Both the position numbers and the translations under genes were made by a program. A stretch of 59,014 nt of DNA, the filler included. It is 3 parts of 3 records of this genome, joined end to end, with 100 filler letters (N's around TTAATTAATTAA, not from the genome) between each part and the next. Parts side by side here need not be neighbours in the genome. Positions count along the whole stretch, not along the records: positions 1 to 31,021 come from SRR20825019_1386; 2 more parts are not named here. One strand, 5' to 3'. Under the pieces are notes generated by a model. The model worked only from the letters and a program-made list of their open reading frames with translations. It did not search any database and was not told the origin of the DNA. Positions 1 to 9,429 of the stretch are shown here, piece by piece; the stretch's first letter is position 1; each line of letters begins with the position of its first letter.

Positions 1-534
1 CGGCATCATTTTCAGGTTGCGCATGATCCGGTTGCCGCCATGCGGATGCGCATCGGTCAGTTGGACCACATATTCACGGTCATAGCGGAACGGCTCACGC
101 TTCTGCGGCTCGATGACGATCGCACCATAGGCCCCGTCCGGCTCCTGGAAACCGCTGTGGCTGTGAAACCAGTAGGTGCCGCTCTGGGTGATAGGGAAGC
201 GGTAGGTGAATGTCTCGCCGGGAGCGATGCCGTCATAGCTGATGCCTGGCACGCCGTCCTGCTCGAAGGGCAGGATCAGCCCGTGCCAATGGATCGATGT
301 TGGCTCGCTGAGGTTGTTCGTCACCTTGATGATGACGTCCTCGCCTTGCTGAAAACGCAGGACGGGCCCGGGCGTTGCACCGTTATAGCCGATGCCGGTG
401 CGGGTGAAGGCGCCTGTGTCGACCGTGACCGGGTCGACGGTGAGAGAGTATTCGCCGGCCGTGGCGGCGCCCGAAAGCGATGCCGCCAGACCGGCGCCGA
501 GCAGGAATGCCCGGCGCAACAGTCCGATTGTCAT
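1..534 (-). CDS. copA: CopA-family multicopper oxidase, N-terminal part (runs off window start)
   Basis: Hand-translated minus strand, absent from the ORF track: ATG at 534, Tat-like leader (LLRRAFLLGAG), copper ligand motifs TSIHWHG and GTYWFHSHSG; no stop before position 1. Confidence 0.9.
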   Translation of the reverse strand, partial: MTIGLLRRAFLLGAGLAASLSGAATAGEYSLTVDPVTVDTGAFTRTGIGYNGATPGPVLRFQQGEDVIIKVTNNLSEPTSIHWHGLILPFEQDGVPGISYDGIAPGETFTYRFPITQSGTYWFHSHSGFQEPDGAYGAIVIEPQKREPFRYDREYVVQLTDAHPHGGNRIMRNLKMMP

Positions 535-592
535 GGATGTTTTCCAGTCGAATATATGGTGATCGGCAGCTTTGCGGCTGCGCACGCCTGCG

Positions 593-1150
593 TCAGTGGC
601 TCAGTTTGACCTTGCCGTGCATGCCGGTCTCGTAATGACCCGGGACATTGCAGGCGAATTCGAGCTCGGCATGTTCCGGGAAAGTCCAGATCACCTCTCC
701 CGATTTGCCCGGCTCCAGCAGCACGCTGTTCGCCTCGTCATGCATGCCGTGCCCCATGGAGGCTTGCATGGCTTTCGCGGCCTCGTGATTGATCCGGTCC
801 GGCTCCAGCACGCCATGTTCGACCATCATCATCATTTCCGGACGGTGTGCTTCATGCATCGCGGCTGTCGCAATGTTGAACTCGTGCACGAATTCACCTG
901 CGTTCCGGACAACAAAGCGGATCGTTTCGCCTTCCTTTATGTTCAGCGTTTCCGGCTCGTAGAAATTGTCGTGCATGGTGATTTCGATGGTGCGCGAAAC
1001 CTTGGCGGGATCGCCCGGTTTGCCGATTTTCATATCGTGCATACCGTGGCCGCCGCCATGGGAGCCGGCCGCAAGAGCCGGGCCGGAGGCTAGCAGAGCA
1101 AGCGAAAGGGTGGCGCCGAGGACAGCGCCAAGGATGTTGGAGGAGGACAT
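593..1150 (-). CDS. Periplasmic cupredoxin/plastocyanin-azurin family copper-binding protein (CopI-like)
   Basis: Start trimmed to ATG 1150 (MSSSNILG). Signal peptide, His/Met-rich N-terminus (GSHGGGHGMHDM), HEF motif, C-terminal type-1 Cu site CNVPGHYETGM. Confidence 0.85.
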   Translation of the reverse strand: MSSSNILGAVLGATLSLALLASGPALAAGSHGGGHGMHDMKIGKPGDPAKVSRTIEITMHDNFYEPETLNIKEGETIRFVVRNAGEFVHEFNIATAAMHEAHRPEMMMMVEHGVLEPDRINHEAAKAMQASMGHGMHDEANSVLLEPGKSGEVIWTFPEHAELEFACNVPGHYETGMHGKVKLSH

Positions 1151-1174
1151 GTGTGTTCCTTCACGAACGTGATT

Positions 1175-1228
1175 GGATTTCGAGTTAAGTGGCCCGCGCT
1201 GCTGGCGGGGGCTGATGGGTTGAAATCC
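1175..1228. promoter_or_regulatory. Intergenic stem-loop between the CutF-like ORF and the cupredoxin gene
   Basis: GGATTTC (1175-1181) and GAAATCC (1222-1228) are an inverted repeat enclosing an inner GC stem (GCCCGCGC...GCGGGGGC). It begins 2 nt after the leader ORF stop. Confidence 0.45.
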
Positions 1229-1230
1229 GG

Positions 1231-1572
1231 TCAGGTACGTGGAGGCGGAGTCTCTGCGGCGGGACTGATCCCCCGGAGTTGTGCTCCCGGAGTTCTGAAA
1301 AGGGATAAGCCGGTATGACCGGGAGACACCGATTGCCCGGCCTCCGAAGGATGGAATCCGGTAAGGCAGTGAGTGGCCGTCAAGTCGGCACATGTCGCGA
1401 ACTGCATGTCCAAACAGCCCATGCCCGGGCAGGAGGCGGCACTGACAAAGGTCCCGCCCGCATGATCCACCGCCGCGCTTATGACGGTCTTTTCTGCCGG
1501 CATGCCGTGCCCGAAAGACGGAAGCGCGGTCATCACCAGGATCGTCATTGCTATGAATGCTGTTCGCCACAT
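1231..1572 (-). CDS. CutF/CopL-like exported Cys/His-containing leader protein with C-terminal PPPR motif
   Basis: 113 aa, signal peptide, CPGMGC and CADLTATHC motifs, C-terminus PAAETPPPRT; first gene of the copper operon. Confidence 0.7.
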   Translation of the reverse strand: MWRTAFIAMTILVMTALPSFGHGMPAEKTVISAAVDHAGGTFVSAASCPGMGCLDMQFATCADLTATHCLTGFHPSEAGQSVSPGHTGLSLFRTPGAQLRGISPAAETPPPRT

Positions 1573-1692
1573 GACCGGTTTTGTGAGGCTTCCCCTTGCT
1601 GGAAGGTCAAGCGGTGAATTCTATCCGCTTCATTTTTTCATGCCGCTTGATCGTCAGCGCCCAGCAATTCAACCACCTTTGCTCCGGAGGCA

Positions 1693-2067
1693 TTAATGAA
1701 AGCTCGCCTCGTCCCGGAGGGAGCAGAGATTGCCATCCGGGTCGGTGAAGTTGGCGATGGTACCCCATGAATAGGTCTCGATCTCCAGCGAGACACCCTT
1801 GGCCCGCAGTTCCGCCGCCGCTGTCTCCACATTCTCGACATTGAAGCGCAGTTTGGTCGGGTTTTGCGCGAGGCTTTTCTGTGCGGCTGGGGGCGGGCCT
1901 CCGACCTCGATCATCAGGTAAGCATCGCCGAAGGCGCAGCAGGTGAGATGCGATCCGGGTTCATCTTTCGCATACATCACCGGAAGGCCGAGTGTTCCGG
2001 TGTAGAATTCCACACAACGCTCATAATCAGCGGTGAAAAGGATGATGCCGTGGCGTGTGAAGTCCAT
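1693..2067 (-). CDS. VOC/glyoxalase/bleomycin-resistance family protein
   Basis: Start trimmed to MDFTRHGIIL; FYTGTLGL and FTDPDGN motifs. Confidence 0.85.
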   Translation of the reverse strand: MDFTRHGIILFTADYERCVEFYTGTLGLPVMYAKDEPGSHLTCCAFGDAYLMIEVGGPPPAAQKSLAQNPTKLRFNVENVETAAAELRAKGVSLEIETYSWGTIANFTDPDGNLCSLRDEASFH

Positions 2068-2201
2068 TGTCGTGTCTCTTGCTGCTTGTGGTGATGGACT
2101 ACAGTTTGCCGGGCAAGTCAAATAAGCAAGAAGATTCTTGTTTAAATATATGGGTCATCAATCCGGCGGTATCGCTCATTGTTATCTTTTGAGGAGCTTT
2201 C

Positions 2202-2606
2202 ATGACGAACAAAGAGATCGTTCAGCGTTTCAATCACGCCTGTCTCTCCGGTGGAGACGCGGAGGTTTTCGACGAAATCTTCCATCCGGATTTCGTCAAT
2301 CACACGACGATCCCGGGCATGGGCAGCGGGATAGACAGCATGCGGAACGCGATCTTCAATTTGCTGCATGCCGGGCTTTCGGATATCCGGGTCGAGATTG
2401 ACGATCAACTTGCCGAGGGTGACAAGGTCGCGACGCGGAAACGTATCCTGGCACGTCACACAGGGGTTTTGGCAGGTGTCCCGGCGACCGGACGGGAGGT
2501 CGAGATCAATGTGTACGATATCGTCCGGCTCAAGGACGGCAGGTATATCGAACACTGGGGGCTGAACACGCTGCCTTTGGTCGTGCAGTCCCTCAAAAGC
2601 GGATAG
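2202..2606 (+). CDS. SnoaL-like ester cyclase family protein
   Basis: GAGGAG RBS; AEGDKVATR, HTG..GVPATGREV, DG+YIEHW motifs. Confidence 0.85.
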   Translation: MTNKEIVQRFNHACLSGGDAEVFDEIFHPDFVNHTTIPGMGSGIDSMRNAIFNLLHAGLSDIRVEIDDQLAEGDKVATRKRILARHTGVLAGVPATGREVEINVYDIVRLKDGRYIEHWGLNTLPLVVQSLKSG

Positions 2607-2713
2607 AGCGATCATAAAACAGGAGGCACGGACCTGTTTTCATGCCCCCCAAATCGGTGCGCTGGGGGGAGCGTCGCGGCATCCATAGAGATAGCTCTGG
2701 ACGTCGTTCAGCC

Positions 2714-3754
2714 CTACAGCAGGGCATGGAGGCCGTAGTAAAGGATGAAGGCGTTGACGAAGGCGAGGTAGTAGAGGCCGGTCATGAAATAGGCCTCCAT
2801 CTGTGGCGACTTTGTGGAGAGCACCAGGATGTAACGTGCATCGGTCGGGCCGCGAACGATCAGTACGAACAGGACGGCATTGATCATCAGATGGCCGATG
2901 GCATCGATCAGGCCGAACTCGAAAATTCCAAGTACCAGCAGGGTCTGGAAGGCGAAGGCAATCAAACGGGTCACGACCGAGGCCGCGCCCAGCAAGGTGA
3001 AGATGATCACAAACTCCACGAACCCGGCCAGCAGCATGTAGGTCCCGGGGTCAATTCCCATTAAAATCCCGGGGTGTTTGGCCAGCAGTGGATAGGTCCA
3101 GTCCGGAAAGGCGAATTTCTCGATCGAGAGCCAGAGAAAATTGATCCCGGTGACAGCGTAAAGGGTCACAAAGCCAGATTTTTTCCAGCCAAGTGAGGCG
3201 CTGGCGGTTGCCATGAAGAAATAGGCGACGGCCGGGAAGATGAGGTAGTCGATCAGATGGAAAGCGCCGTAATGGTGCAGTGACAGGGCGTAGAGCAGCA
3301 GGATGCCCGCACCGAGCAACGGCGTGGTCCATCGGCTTAGCGCACAGAGCGCTAGGGCGAGTTGGAACCAGGGCACCCAGCTCTCATGGGCGATTAGCTC
3401 CGGCGCCAGGTAGAAGCGGGCCTCGCCGAAGATGCCCATGGCCCAGGTCGATGCAAAGAACAGACCCGCCGCCCCGCGCATAATCAGGATCGAAAGTCCG
3501 TCGAAGACCTTAAGGCGCTGGTGGAACGTCTCCATGATGCCGCGACGCAGCGCGAGGCGGTCGACCACGAAGAACAGGTACACAAGGACGACCGAGACCA
3601 GGAAGAAAGTTACGAAAGTTGGGCTCAGCACGGCGTCGAGGGGTTTGGGCTGGGCCGAGACGTCGAAGGGCTCGAACCACTTGATATGCGCCGCTGCGGG
3701 CGAAGCGATCGACGTCGCCGCAAGCAGGATAGCGAGGATACGGCCCATCTTCAT
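2714..3754 (-). CDS. Uncharacterised polytopic membrane protein (DoxX-like)
   Basis: Signal peptide then HIKWF; about 9 hydrophobic segments; EKF..P, AGFVEF and DAIGHL motifs. Confidence 0.7.
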   Translation of the reverse strand: MKMGRILAILLAATSIASPAAAHIKWFEPFDVSAQPKPLDAVLSPTFVTFFLVSVVLVYLFFVVDRLALRRGIMETFHQRLKVFDGLSILIMRGAAGLFFASTWAMGIFGEARFYLAPELIAHESWVPWFQLALALCALSRWTTPLLGAGILLLYALSLHHYGAFHLIDYLIFPAVAYFFMATASASLGWKKSGFVTLYAVTGINFLWLSIEKFAFPDWTYPLLAKHPGILMGIDPGTYMLLAGFVEFVIIFTLLGAASVVTRLIAFAFQTLLVLGIFEFGLIDAIGHLMINAVLFVLIVRGPTDARYILVLSTKSPQMEAYFMTGLYYLAFVNAFILYYGLHALL

Positions 3755-3977
3755 TGCGTATCGTCCAGTTTCAGACGGCGCTCGAAAGTGCGTCGCAGAT
3801 CAGTCGATTCCATTTTGCCCTCCACCATGTCCATCTTTGGCCTGTTCTAGTGTCGTCATAGCCATGATTTTTATGCAAGATTTGAGATCGGCATCAAAAG
3901 ATGCAGTGCCATCAGGAAAATCCGGCTTGTAGATCTTGCGCATCCTGCCGGAGACCTCTCAAAGAGGGGTGAAGTGA

Positions 3978-4919
3978 TCACGCGAGGATATTGACCGGGG
4001 CGGCGGTAGGAGGCGCGGCGGAAGTTGTGGCTGCAAGAGCCAATACGGGGCCGGGCAGGGTTGTGAGACCCTGTTCGACCTCCCCGAGGGATTTCTCGAT
4101 ATCATCGACATCCCGGCGCAGGTTCCGGTCTTCCTGCACACGCAATTGGGATTTTGCGCTCTCGAGGATTTTCTTGATCTCCTCCTCGACGCTGCGCACC
4201 AGCTCCTTGAAGGTAGCGTGCGGGTCCGACAGGGAAAAACCGGTTGTCGTTCCGCCGGAGCTATCGGAAGGGACGGGGGAGAAGGGCTCCTCCTCGCGTT
4301 GTTTTTGATCTTCCTCGCGGATTTCCTCGGGCGTTTCCGGTCCCGTCTCTGCTGCGGCCGCGCCTTCGTCAGTTTCGCCAGTGCCGCCGGTTTCCGCCGA
4401 GGGCGCTTCCGGAGATGTTGCTGGTTGAGAAATGGTTTCGCCGCCTGCGGCTTCCGTTGGGGCTGCGTCTGTGGTCTGGGCATCCTGCGATGTGCCTGTA
4501 GACGCAGCCGGGCTCGAGGTGAAACTGCCAGCCGGAGCCTTGCCGCCATTCGCGGCGGCATATTCCTTGACCGCGGCGGCAAGCTCCCGGCTGAGCCGGG
4601 CAGCCTGCCGGGCCATGGCTTTCGGGTCGCCCGATCCCAGCATGCGAAGGGCCTTGAGCTGCTCCTTGATGCGCTGGATTTTCTCCATCGCGGCGGCTTT
4701 GCGTTCGGCGTTCTGGTCGATTTCGGCGGCACTGAGCTGCGCGGAGGCATTACGCGCTTCGGTCAGCTTTTTCGAAATCTCTTCCGCCTTTTCCGGATCG
4801 GTTTTTTGCAATCGGGACAAAAGGGATGTGGCCTGCTCGGCCCGGCTATCCGCAGCGGTGCTTGCGCCGGTAAGCCGGGGCAGGGAAGCGGAATAGGAAC
4901 CTGATAGAGTGCCGACCAT
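3978..4919 (-). CDS. Hypothetical low-complexity coiled-coil protein
   Basis: Long ORF with Ala/Ser/Thr/Glu-rich linker and amphipathic helices; start trimmed to MVGTLSG; no family recognised. Confidence 0.6.
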   Translation of the reverse strand: MVGTLSGSYSASLPRLTGASTAADSRAEQATSLLSRLQKTDPEKAEEISKKLTEARNASAQLSAAEIDQNAERKAAAMEKIQRIKEQLKALRMLGSGDPKAMARQAARLSRELAAAVKEYAAANGGKAPAGSFTSSPAASTGTSQDAQTTDAAPTEAAGGETISQPATSPEAPSAETGGTGETDEGAAAAETGPETPEEIREEDQKQREEEPFSPVPSDSSGGTTTGFSLSDPHATFKELVRSVEEEIKKILESAKSQLRVQEDRNLRRDVDDIEKSLGEVEQGLTTLPGPVLALAATTSAAPPTAAPVNILA

Positions 4920-5050
4920 TGTCTGACTTTCTGTCACGCATGGAAGTGCGATTACGACGGAGGACTGACTGACAGAATACCCGTAAAACATGTGTCAGGC
5001 CACAAATTTACAAACAGAGTGCTAGTCCTTTGGCCGTGTTTCACCGACTG

Positions 5051-5947
5051 TCAGGCGCTGCTTGTGCAGATCTCGCGCACGCATCCACGCAGCCAGCGGT
5101 GGACCGGATCGGCATCCATGCGCGGATGCCAGAACAGCGAAATGGTGAAACCCGGTGGCTCGACCGGCAGAGGGAAGCTGTGCATGCCGACGCGCAGGTT
5201 GCCCGTATAGCGTTCCGGAACCGTGGCGATCAGATCGGACGCGCGGGCGAGGGAGAGCGCTGTCGCGAAGCTGCTGACGATGGTGACGATCCGGCGTTCC
5301 AGTCCAAGCGGCTCCAGCATCTCGTCGATCGGGCTGGTGGCGCGGCTGCGCCGGGCGACAGTGACATGGGCGCCCGCCGCATAATGGGCGGGCGTTACCG
5401 CGCCGTCAGTGAGGGCATGCCCGGCGCGCACGACGCCGATGAAACGGTCCCGGAACAAGGCCTGCATTCGCACTTCCGGCCCCGCCGTCTTGCCCAGCAC
5501 GCCGGTTTCCATATCGACGGTTCCATCGCGCAGCGGGGTGCTGTCCTTGTCGGTTTTCTGTACGAAGCGCAACTGGAGGCCGGGCGCCTCCTGCCTGACT
5601 CGCTCGATCAGGGCGAGCCCGAAATTTTCCACGAAGCCTTCGCGGGTGCGCAGCGTGAAGGTGCGTTCAAGGTTTTCAAGATCCGGCATTTCGGCGGGCT
5701 GCAGAACCGCTTTGGCATCCGCCACCAACTGGCTGACCTGTTGCTGCAGGGCAAGCGCCCGGGGCGTCGGCACCAGACCGCGCCCGGCCCGGACCAATAC
5801 CGGGTCGTTCATACTCTCGCGTAGCCGCGACAAGGCCCGGCTCATGGCTGACGGGCTCAGGTGCAGACGTTCCGCCGCCCGCGCGACGCTGCCTTCGGTA
5901 AGCAGGACATCCAGGGTGAGAAGCAGGTTGAGATCGGGTGTTTGCAT
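5051..5947 (-). CDS. LysR family transcriptional regulator
   Basis: Start MQTPDLNLL; HTH SVARAAERLHLSPSAMSRALSRLR; C-terminal WHPRMDADP; divergent from the MFS gene. Confidence 0.93.
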   Translation of the reverse strand: MQTPDLNLLLTLDVLLTEGSVARAAERLHLSPSAMSRALSRLRESMNDPVLVRAGRGLVPTPRALALQQQVSQLVADAKAVLQPAEMPDLENLERTFTLRTREGFVENFGLALIERVRQEAPGLQLRFVQKTDKDSTPLRDGTVDMETGVLGKTAGPEVRMQALFRDRFIGVVRAGHALTDGAVTPAHYAAGAHVTVARRSRATSPIDEMLEPLGLERRIVTIVSSFATALSLARASDLIATVPERYTGNLRVGMHSFPLPVEPPGFTISLFWHPRMDADPVHRWLRGCVREICTSSA

Positions 5948-6078
5948 GGGGGGAGCATAGCACCGGCGGATTTCTTTGATATGGCGTTGTATGCAGTAAT
6001 TGAATGCAAATGCTGCGTATTTTGCATGTTTGGGCGCGCTCCTAATGTCCGAATGGCTCCAGATCGGGGCTATGGAAG

Positions 6079-7530
6079 ATGGAGGGTGAGTTGAAAGCAA
6101 TCGGTACGGAAAATGATAAAGCGGCGATCGAAGGCGATGTCCAGGCGAGGTCGAGCCGGTGGGCGCTCCTGGGGCTGGCCCTGTCGATGCTGCTGCCGTT
6201 TCTCGGGGTCAGCAGCGCGAATGTGGCCTTGCCGACTTTGATGGAAATTTTCAGCGCTCCGTTCGGTCAGGTGCAGTGGGTGGTTCTCTCCTACTTGCTC
6301 ACGATTACCGTCGTGATCGTCAATGCGGGGCGGCTCGGGGATCTGCTCGGGCACAAGCGGGTGCTGCTTGGCGGCATCGTCCTGTTCACCGCTGCTTCTG
6401 CCCTATGTTCTATGGCGCCGACATTGCCGGTATTGATCGCCGCCCGGGCGGCGCAGGGGCTGGGCGGTGCCGTTCTGATGGCGCTGACGGTGGCGCTCGT
6501 ACGCGGCGCGGTTCCGGAAGAGAAGACCGGAAGTGCCATGGGGCTGCTGGGCAGCATGTCCGCCATCGGCACGGCGCTTGGCCCGTCGCTCGGCGGGTTT
6601 CTGATCGCGGGACCGGGCTGGCGCGGGATCTTTGTTGTAATGGTGCCGCTGGGCATTGTGACCTTTCTGCTGGTGCGCCGTTATCTGCCGGAGGATGGCG
6701 TGCGGGAGAGGGCAAGCCGGAAGGGTTTCGACCTCTGGGGCACCCTGTTTCTCGGACTGACACTGGCGGCTTATGCGCTTGCCCTGACGGCCGGGGGGGA
6801 GCATTTCGACCGGGTGAGGCCGATCCTGATCCTGTCGGCGCTCAGCTGCGGAGGCCTCTTCCTGCTCGTCGAGGCGCGGGCATCCGCACCACTGATCCGA
6901 CTGGCGGCATTCCGTGACGTGGAGCTGAGTGCGGGTCTGATGATGACGGCTCTGGTCTCGACCGTGATGATGGCGACGCTGGTTGTCGGGCCGTTCTATC
7001 TGTCCCAGGGGCTTGGCCTTGAGGAGATGATGGTCGGTGCCGTGATGTCGGTCGGCCCCGGCGTTTCCATCCTGTGCGGCGTTCCCGCCGGCCGCACCGT
7101 GGACAGGCTGGGGGCATCCACCACGGTCACCGTTGGCCTTGCCGTCATGGCCGCCGGAGTGCTGGCCCTGATCGTCCTGCCGCCCATGGCCGGTATGGCC
7201 GGGTATATCGCGGCCATCGCCTTGCTGGCGCCCGGGTATCAGCTGTTTCAGGCCGCCAACAACACATCGGTCATGGCCGGGGTGCCGCAGGATCGGCGCG
7301 GTGTCATTTCCGGCTTGCTCAGCCTGTCGCGCAATCTCGGGTTTATCACCGGCGCTTCCGTGATGGGCGCGGTGTTCGCTTTTGCGTCGGGGAATGCGGC
7401 GCAGTCCGTGCCAAGCCCGGAAGCGGCGGCCACCGGCATGCAGATCAGCTTCATTGTTGCCGAGGCGCTGGTCGCCCTGGCGATTACCTTCTCGATCGGA
7501 AGCCGTCTGCTGTCGAAACGAAATTGGTGA
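6079..7530 (+). CDS. MFS drug:H+ antiporter (DHA2, 14-TMS)
   Basis: NVALPT, GRLGDLLGHKR motif A, ARAAQGLG, GPSLGG motif C. Confidence 0.9.
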   Translation: MEGELKAIGTENDKAAIEGDVQARSSRWALLGLALSMLLPFLGVSSANVALPTLMEIFSAPFGQVQWVVLSYLLTITVVIVNAGRLGDLLGHKRVLLGGIVLFTAASALCSMAPTLPVLIAARAAQGLGGAVLMALTVALVRGAVPEEKTGSAMGLLGSMSAIGTALGPSLGGFLIAGPGWRGIFVVMVPLGIVTFLLVRRYLPEDGVRERASRKGFDLWGTLFLGLTLAAYALALTAGGEHFDRVRPILILSALSCGGLFLLVEARASAPLIRLAAFRDVELSAGLMMTALVSTVMMATLVVGPFYLSQGLGLEEMMVGAVMSVGPGVSILCGVPAGRTVDRLGASTTVTVGLAVMAAGVLALIVLPPMAGMAGYIAAIALLAPGYQLFQAANNTSVMAGVPQDRRGVISGLLSLSRNLGFITGASVMGAVFAFASGNAAQSVPSPEAAATGMQISFIVAEALVALAITFSIGSRLLSKRNW

Positions 7531-7624
7531 TCTGCGGAGAGGCGAGGCAGAATGATCATGCTCTTGCTGTCTGCGAAATACATGCAGGCATGCAAGGCCG
7601 TGTGTCCAAAAGACTGGCTGCCTT

Positions 7625-8473
7625 ATGACTGTTCTGAAGAAACTTACCGGCTTCATCGGCGCGGAAATCGAGGGCCTTGCGCTCTCCGAGACGATCTCCG
7701 GCGCTGATGCGGATTTCCTGAAAAAGAGCCTGGCGGAGCATCAGGTGCTTGTTCTGCGTGGCCAGTTTCTGACGCCGCCACAACAGAAAGCGCTGACCCG
7801 TGTCTTCGGCCCGGCAATGCAGTTGCCCTATGTGGCGCCGCTGGAGGATGATCCCGAAACCATCGCCGTGCTGAAGGAAGCGTCCGAGGCAGGAGGCGGT
7901 GTTTTCGGCGGGGAATGGCATGCTGATTTCAGCTTTCTGGAAAATCCGCCCGCCGGATCGGTTCTGAACGCGGTCGAGATCCCCGATGTCGGCGGCGATA
8001 CGGTCTGGGCCAGCCAGGTGGTTGCCTACCGGTCACTTCCCGCAGCCCTCAAATCCGTGGTGGATGGGCGGAACGCCGTGCATGTCGGCAAGCCCTACGG
8101 CGTCAAACACGCACCGCCATCGGAAACCCGGGCCAATGCCTCGATCCGGATGACCCGGGGCGATCCGGAAGCCGACCGGGAAATTTTCCATCCCGCCGTC
8201 ATCACGGAGCCGATTACCGGCGCGAAAGCACTCTTCCTCAATCCGATCTACACCACCCGTTTCGACGGTATGACTGAGGAGGAGAGCCTGCCGATCCTGC
8301 AGGAGATCTATCGGCACTGCACACGGCCGGACTTTTCCTGCCGGCATAAATGGCAGCCGGGGGATGTGGTGATCTGGGACAACCGGACGACGCTGCATTA
8401 CGCGACGAACGATTATGACGGCCATCGCCGCCTGCTTTACCGCACGACATTTTCGGGTGCCGCGCCGATCTGA
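7625..8473 (+). CDS. TauD/TfdA family Fe(II)/2-oxoglutarate dioxygenase
   Basis: GAEIEG, WHADFSF (HxD), GGDT, WDNRTTLHYA, R-x-x-x-R-T-T motifs. Confidence 0.92.
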   Translation: MTVLKKLTGFIGAEIEGLALSETISGADADFLKKSLAEHQVLVLRGQFLTPPQQKALTRVFGPAMQLPYVAPLEDDPETIAVLKEASEAGGGVFGGEWHADFSFLENPPAGSVLNAVEIPDVGGDTVWASQVVAYRSLPAALKSVVDGRNAVHVGKPYGVKHAPPSETRANASIRMTRGDPEADREIFHPAVITEPITGAKALFLNPIYTTRFDGMTEEESLPILQEIYRHCTRPDFSCRHKWQPGDVVIWDNRTTLHYATNDYDGHRRLLYRTTFSGAAPI

Positions 8474-8620
8474 AATTCCGCTATGTCCCGGATTCCATTT
8501 GAATTTAAGAGATATGCGAGATTTCATCGCTATTTCCCCCGAATAATTTGAGCATTATAGTGTGACCAGTGTTGAGGCCTTTCAGGTCCGGTCGCATGTT
8601 CGCTGGGGAGTGAAACGAGG

Positions 8621-9343
8621 ATGATCGATATCGAGGATTACGGGCTGACGGAGCCCGGAAAACTGAGAGCGGGCATCAATCTCGGAAATGTCTTGCTGGT
8701 GACCGGCAAGACGGAAACGGGTAACCCGTCGGGGGTTTCACCCGCCATCGCGGCGGCGATTGCCCGCAATTTCGGGTTCAGCGTTTCTTACTGCACCTAT
8801 CCTTCGCCGGGCGCGGTGGCCGATGCGGTTGACGGAGACGAGTGGGATATTTGCCTGATCGCCGAAGATCCGAAGCGGGCGGAGACCATCGAGTTTTGTG
8901 GCGCCTATGCCGAGATCGAGGCGACCTATCTGGTGCCCGCCGGCTCGAAACTGGCGAGCATTGAAGAAGTGGACAAGCCGGGCGTGCGGATCGCGGTATC
9001 CGATCGGTCCGCCTACGATCTCTATCTCAGCCGTGCTCTGAAACATGCCGAGCTGAAGCGGGCTCCCGGATTGAAGGCGGCTTTTGAATTGTTCCGGGAT
9101 CAGAAGCTGGATGTCCTGGCGGGCCTGCGTCCGGCTTTACTGGAAAATGCGGCGGAGATGCCTGGCTCGAAGGTGTTGGCCGGGTCTTATACGGCGGTTC
9201 GTCAGGCGGTCGGTGTCAGGCCGGGAAATCCGGCCTTTGCCAAGGCGGTAAAGCGGTTTGTGTCGGAATCCAGATCGAACGGACTGGTCGACGGGTTGAT
9301 CAACGAATTCGGCCAGCGTGGGCGGCTCTCGGTCGCGTCCTGA
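8621..9343 (+). CDS. Family 3 solute-binding-protein domain protein (no signal peptide)
   Basis: GKLRAGINLGN, D.PGVRIAV, SAYDLYLSR motifs; GGGGAG RBS. Confidence 0.8.
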   Translation: MIDIEDYGLTEPGKLRAGINLGNVLLVTGKTETGNPSGVSPAIAAAIARNFGFSVSYCTYPSPGAVADAVDGDEWDICLIAEDPKRAETIEFCGAYAEIEATYLVPAGSKLASIEEVDKPGVRIAVSDRSAYDLYLSRALKHAELKRAPGLKAAFELFRDQKLDVLAGLRPALLENAAEMPGSKVLAGSYTAVRQAVGVRPGNPAFAKAVKRFVSESRSNGLVDGLINEFGQRGRLSVAS

Positions 9344-9429
9344 ATGAAGCAGGACAATCCTGCTCTGGTCTCGAAACCGGCCTTCTGCTAGCGTCTGCTG
9401 CACCGCAACAGCCCAACCGGATCGAGCCC

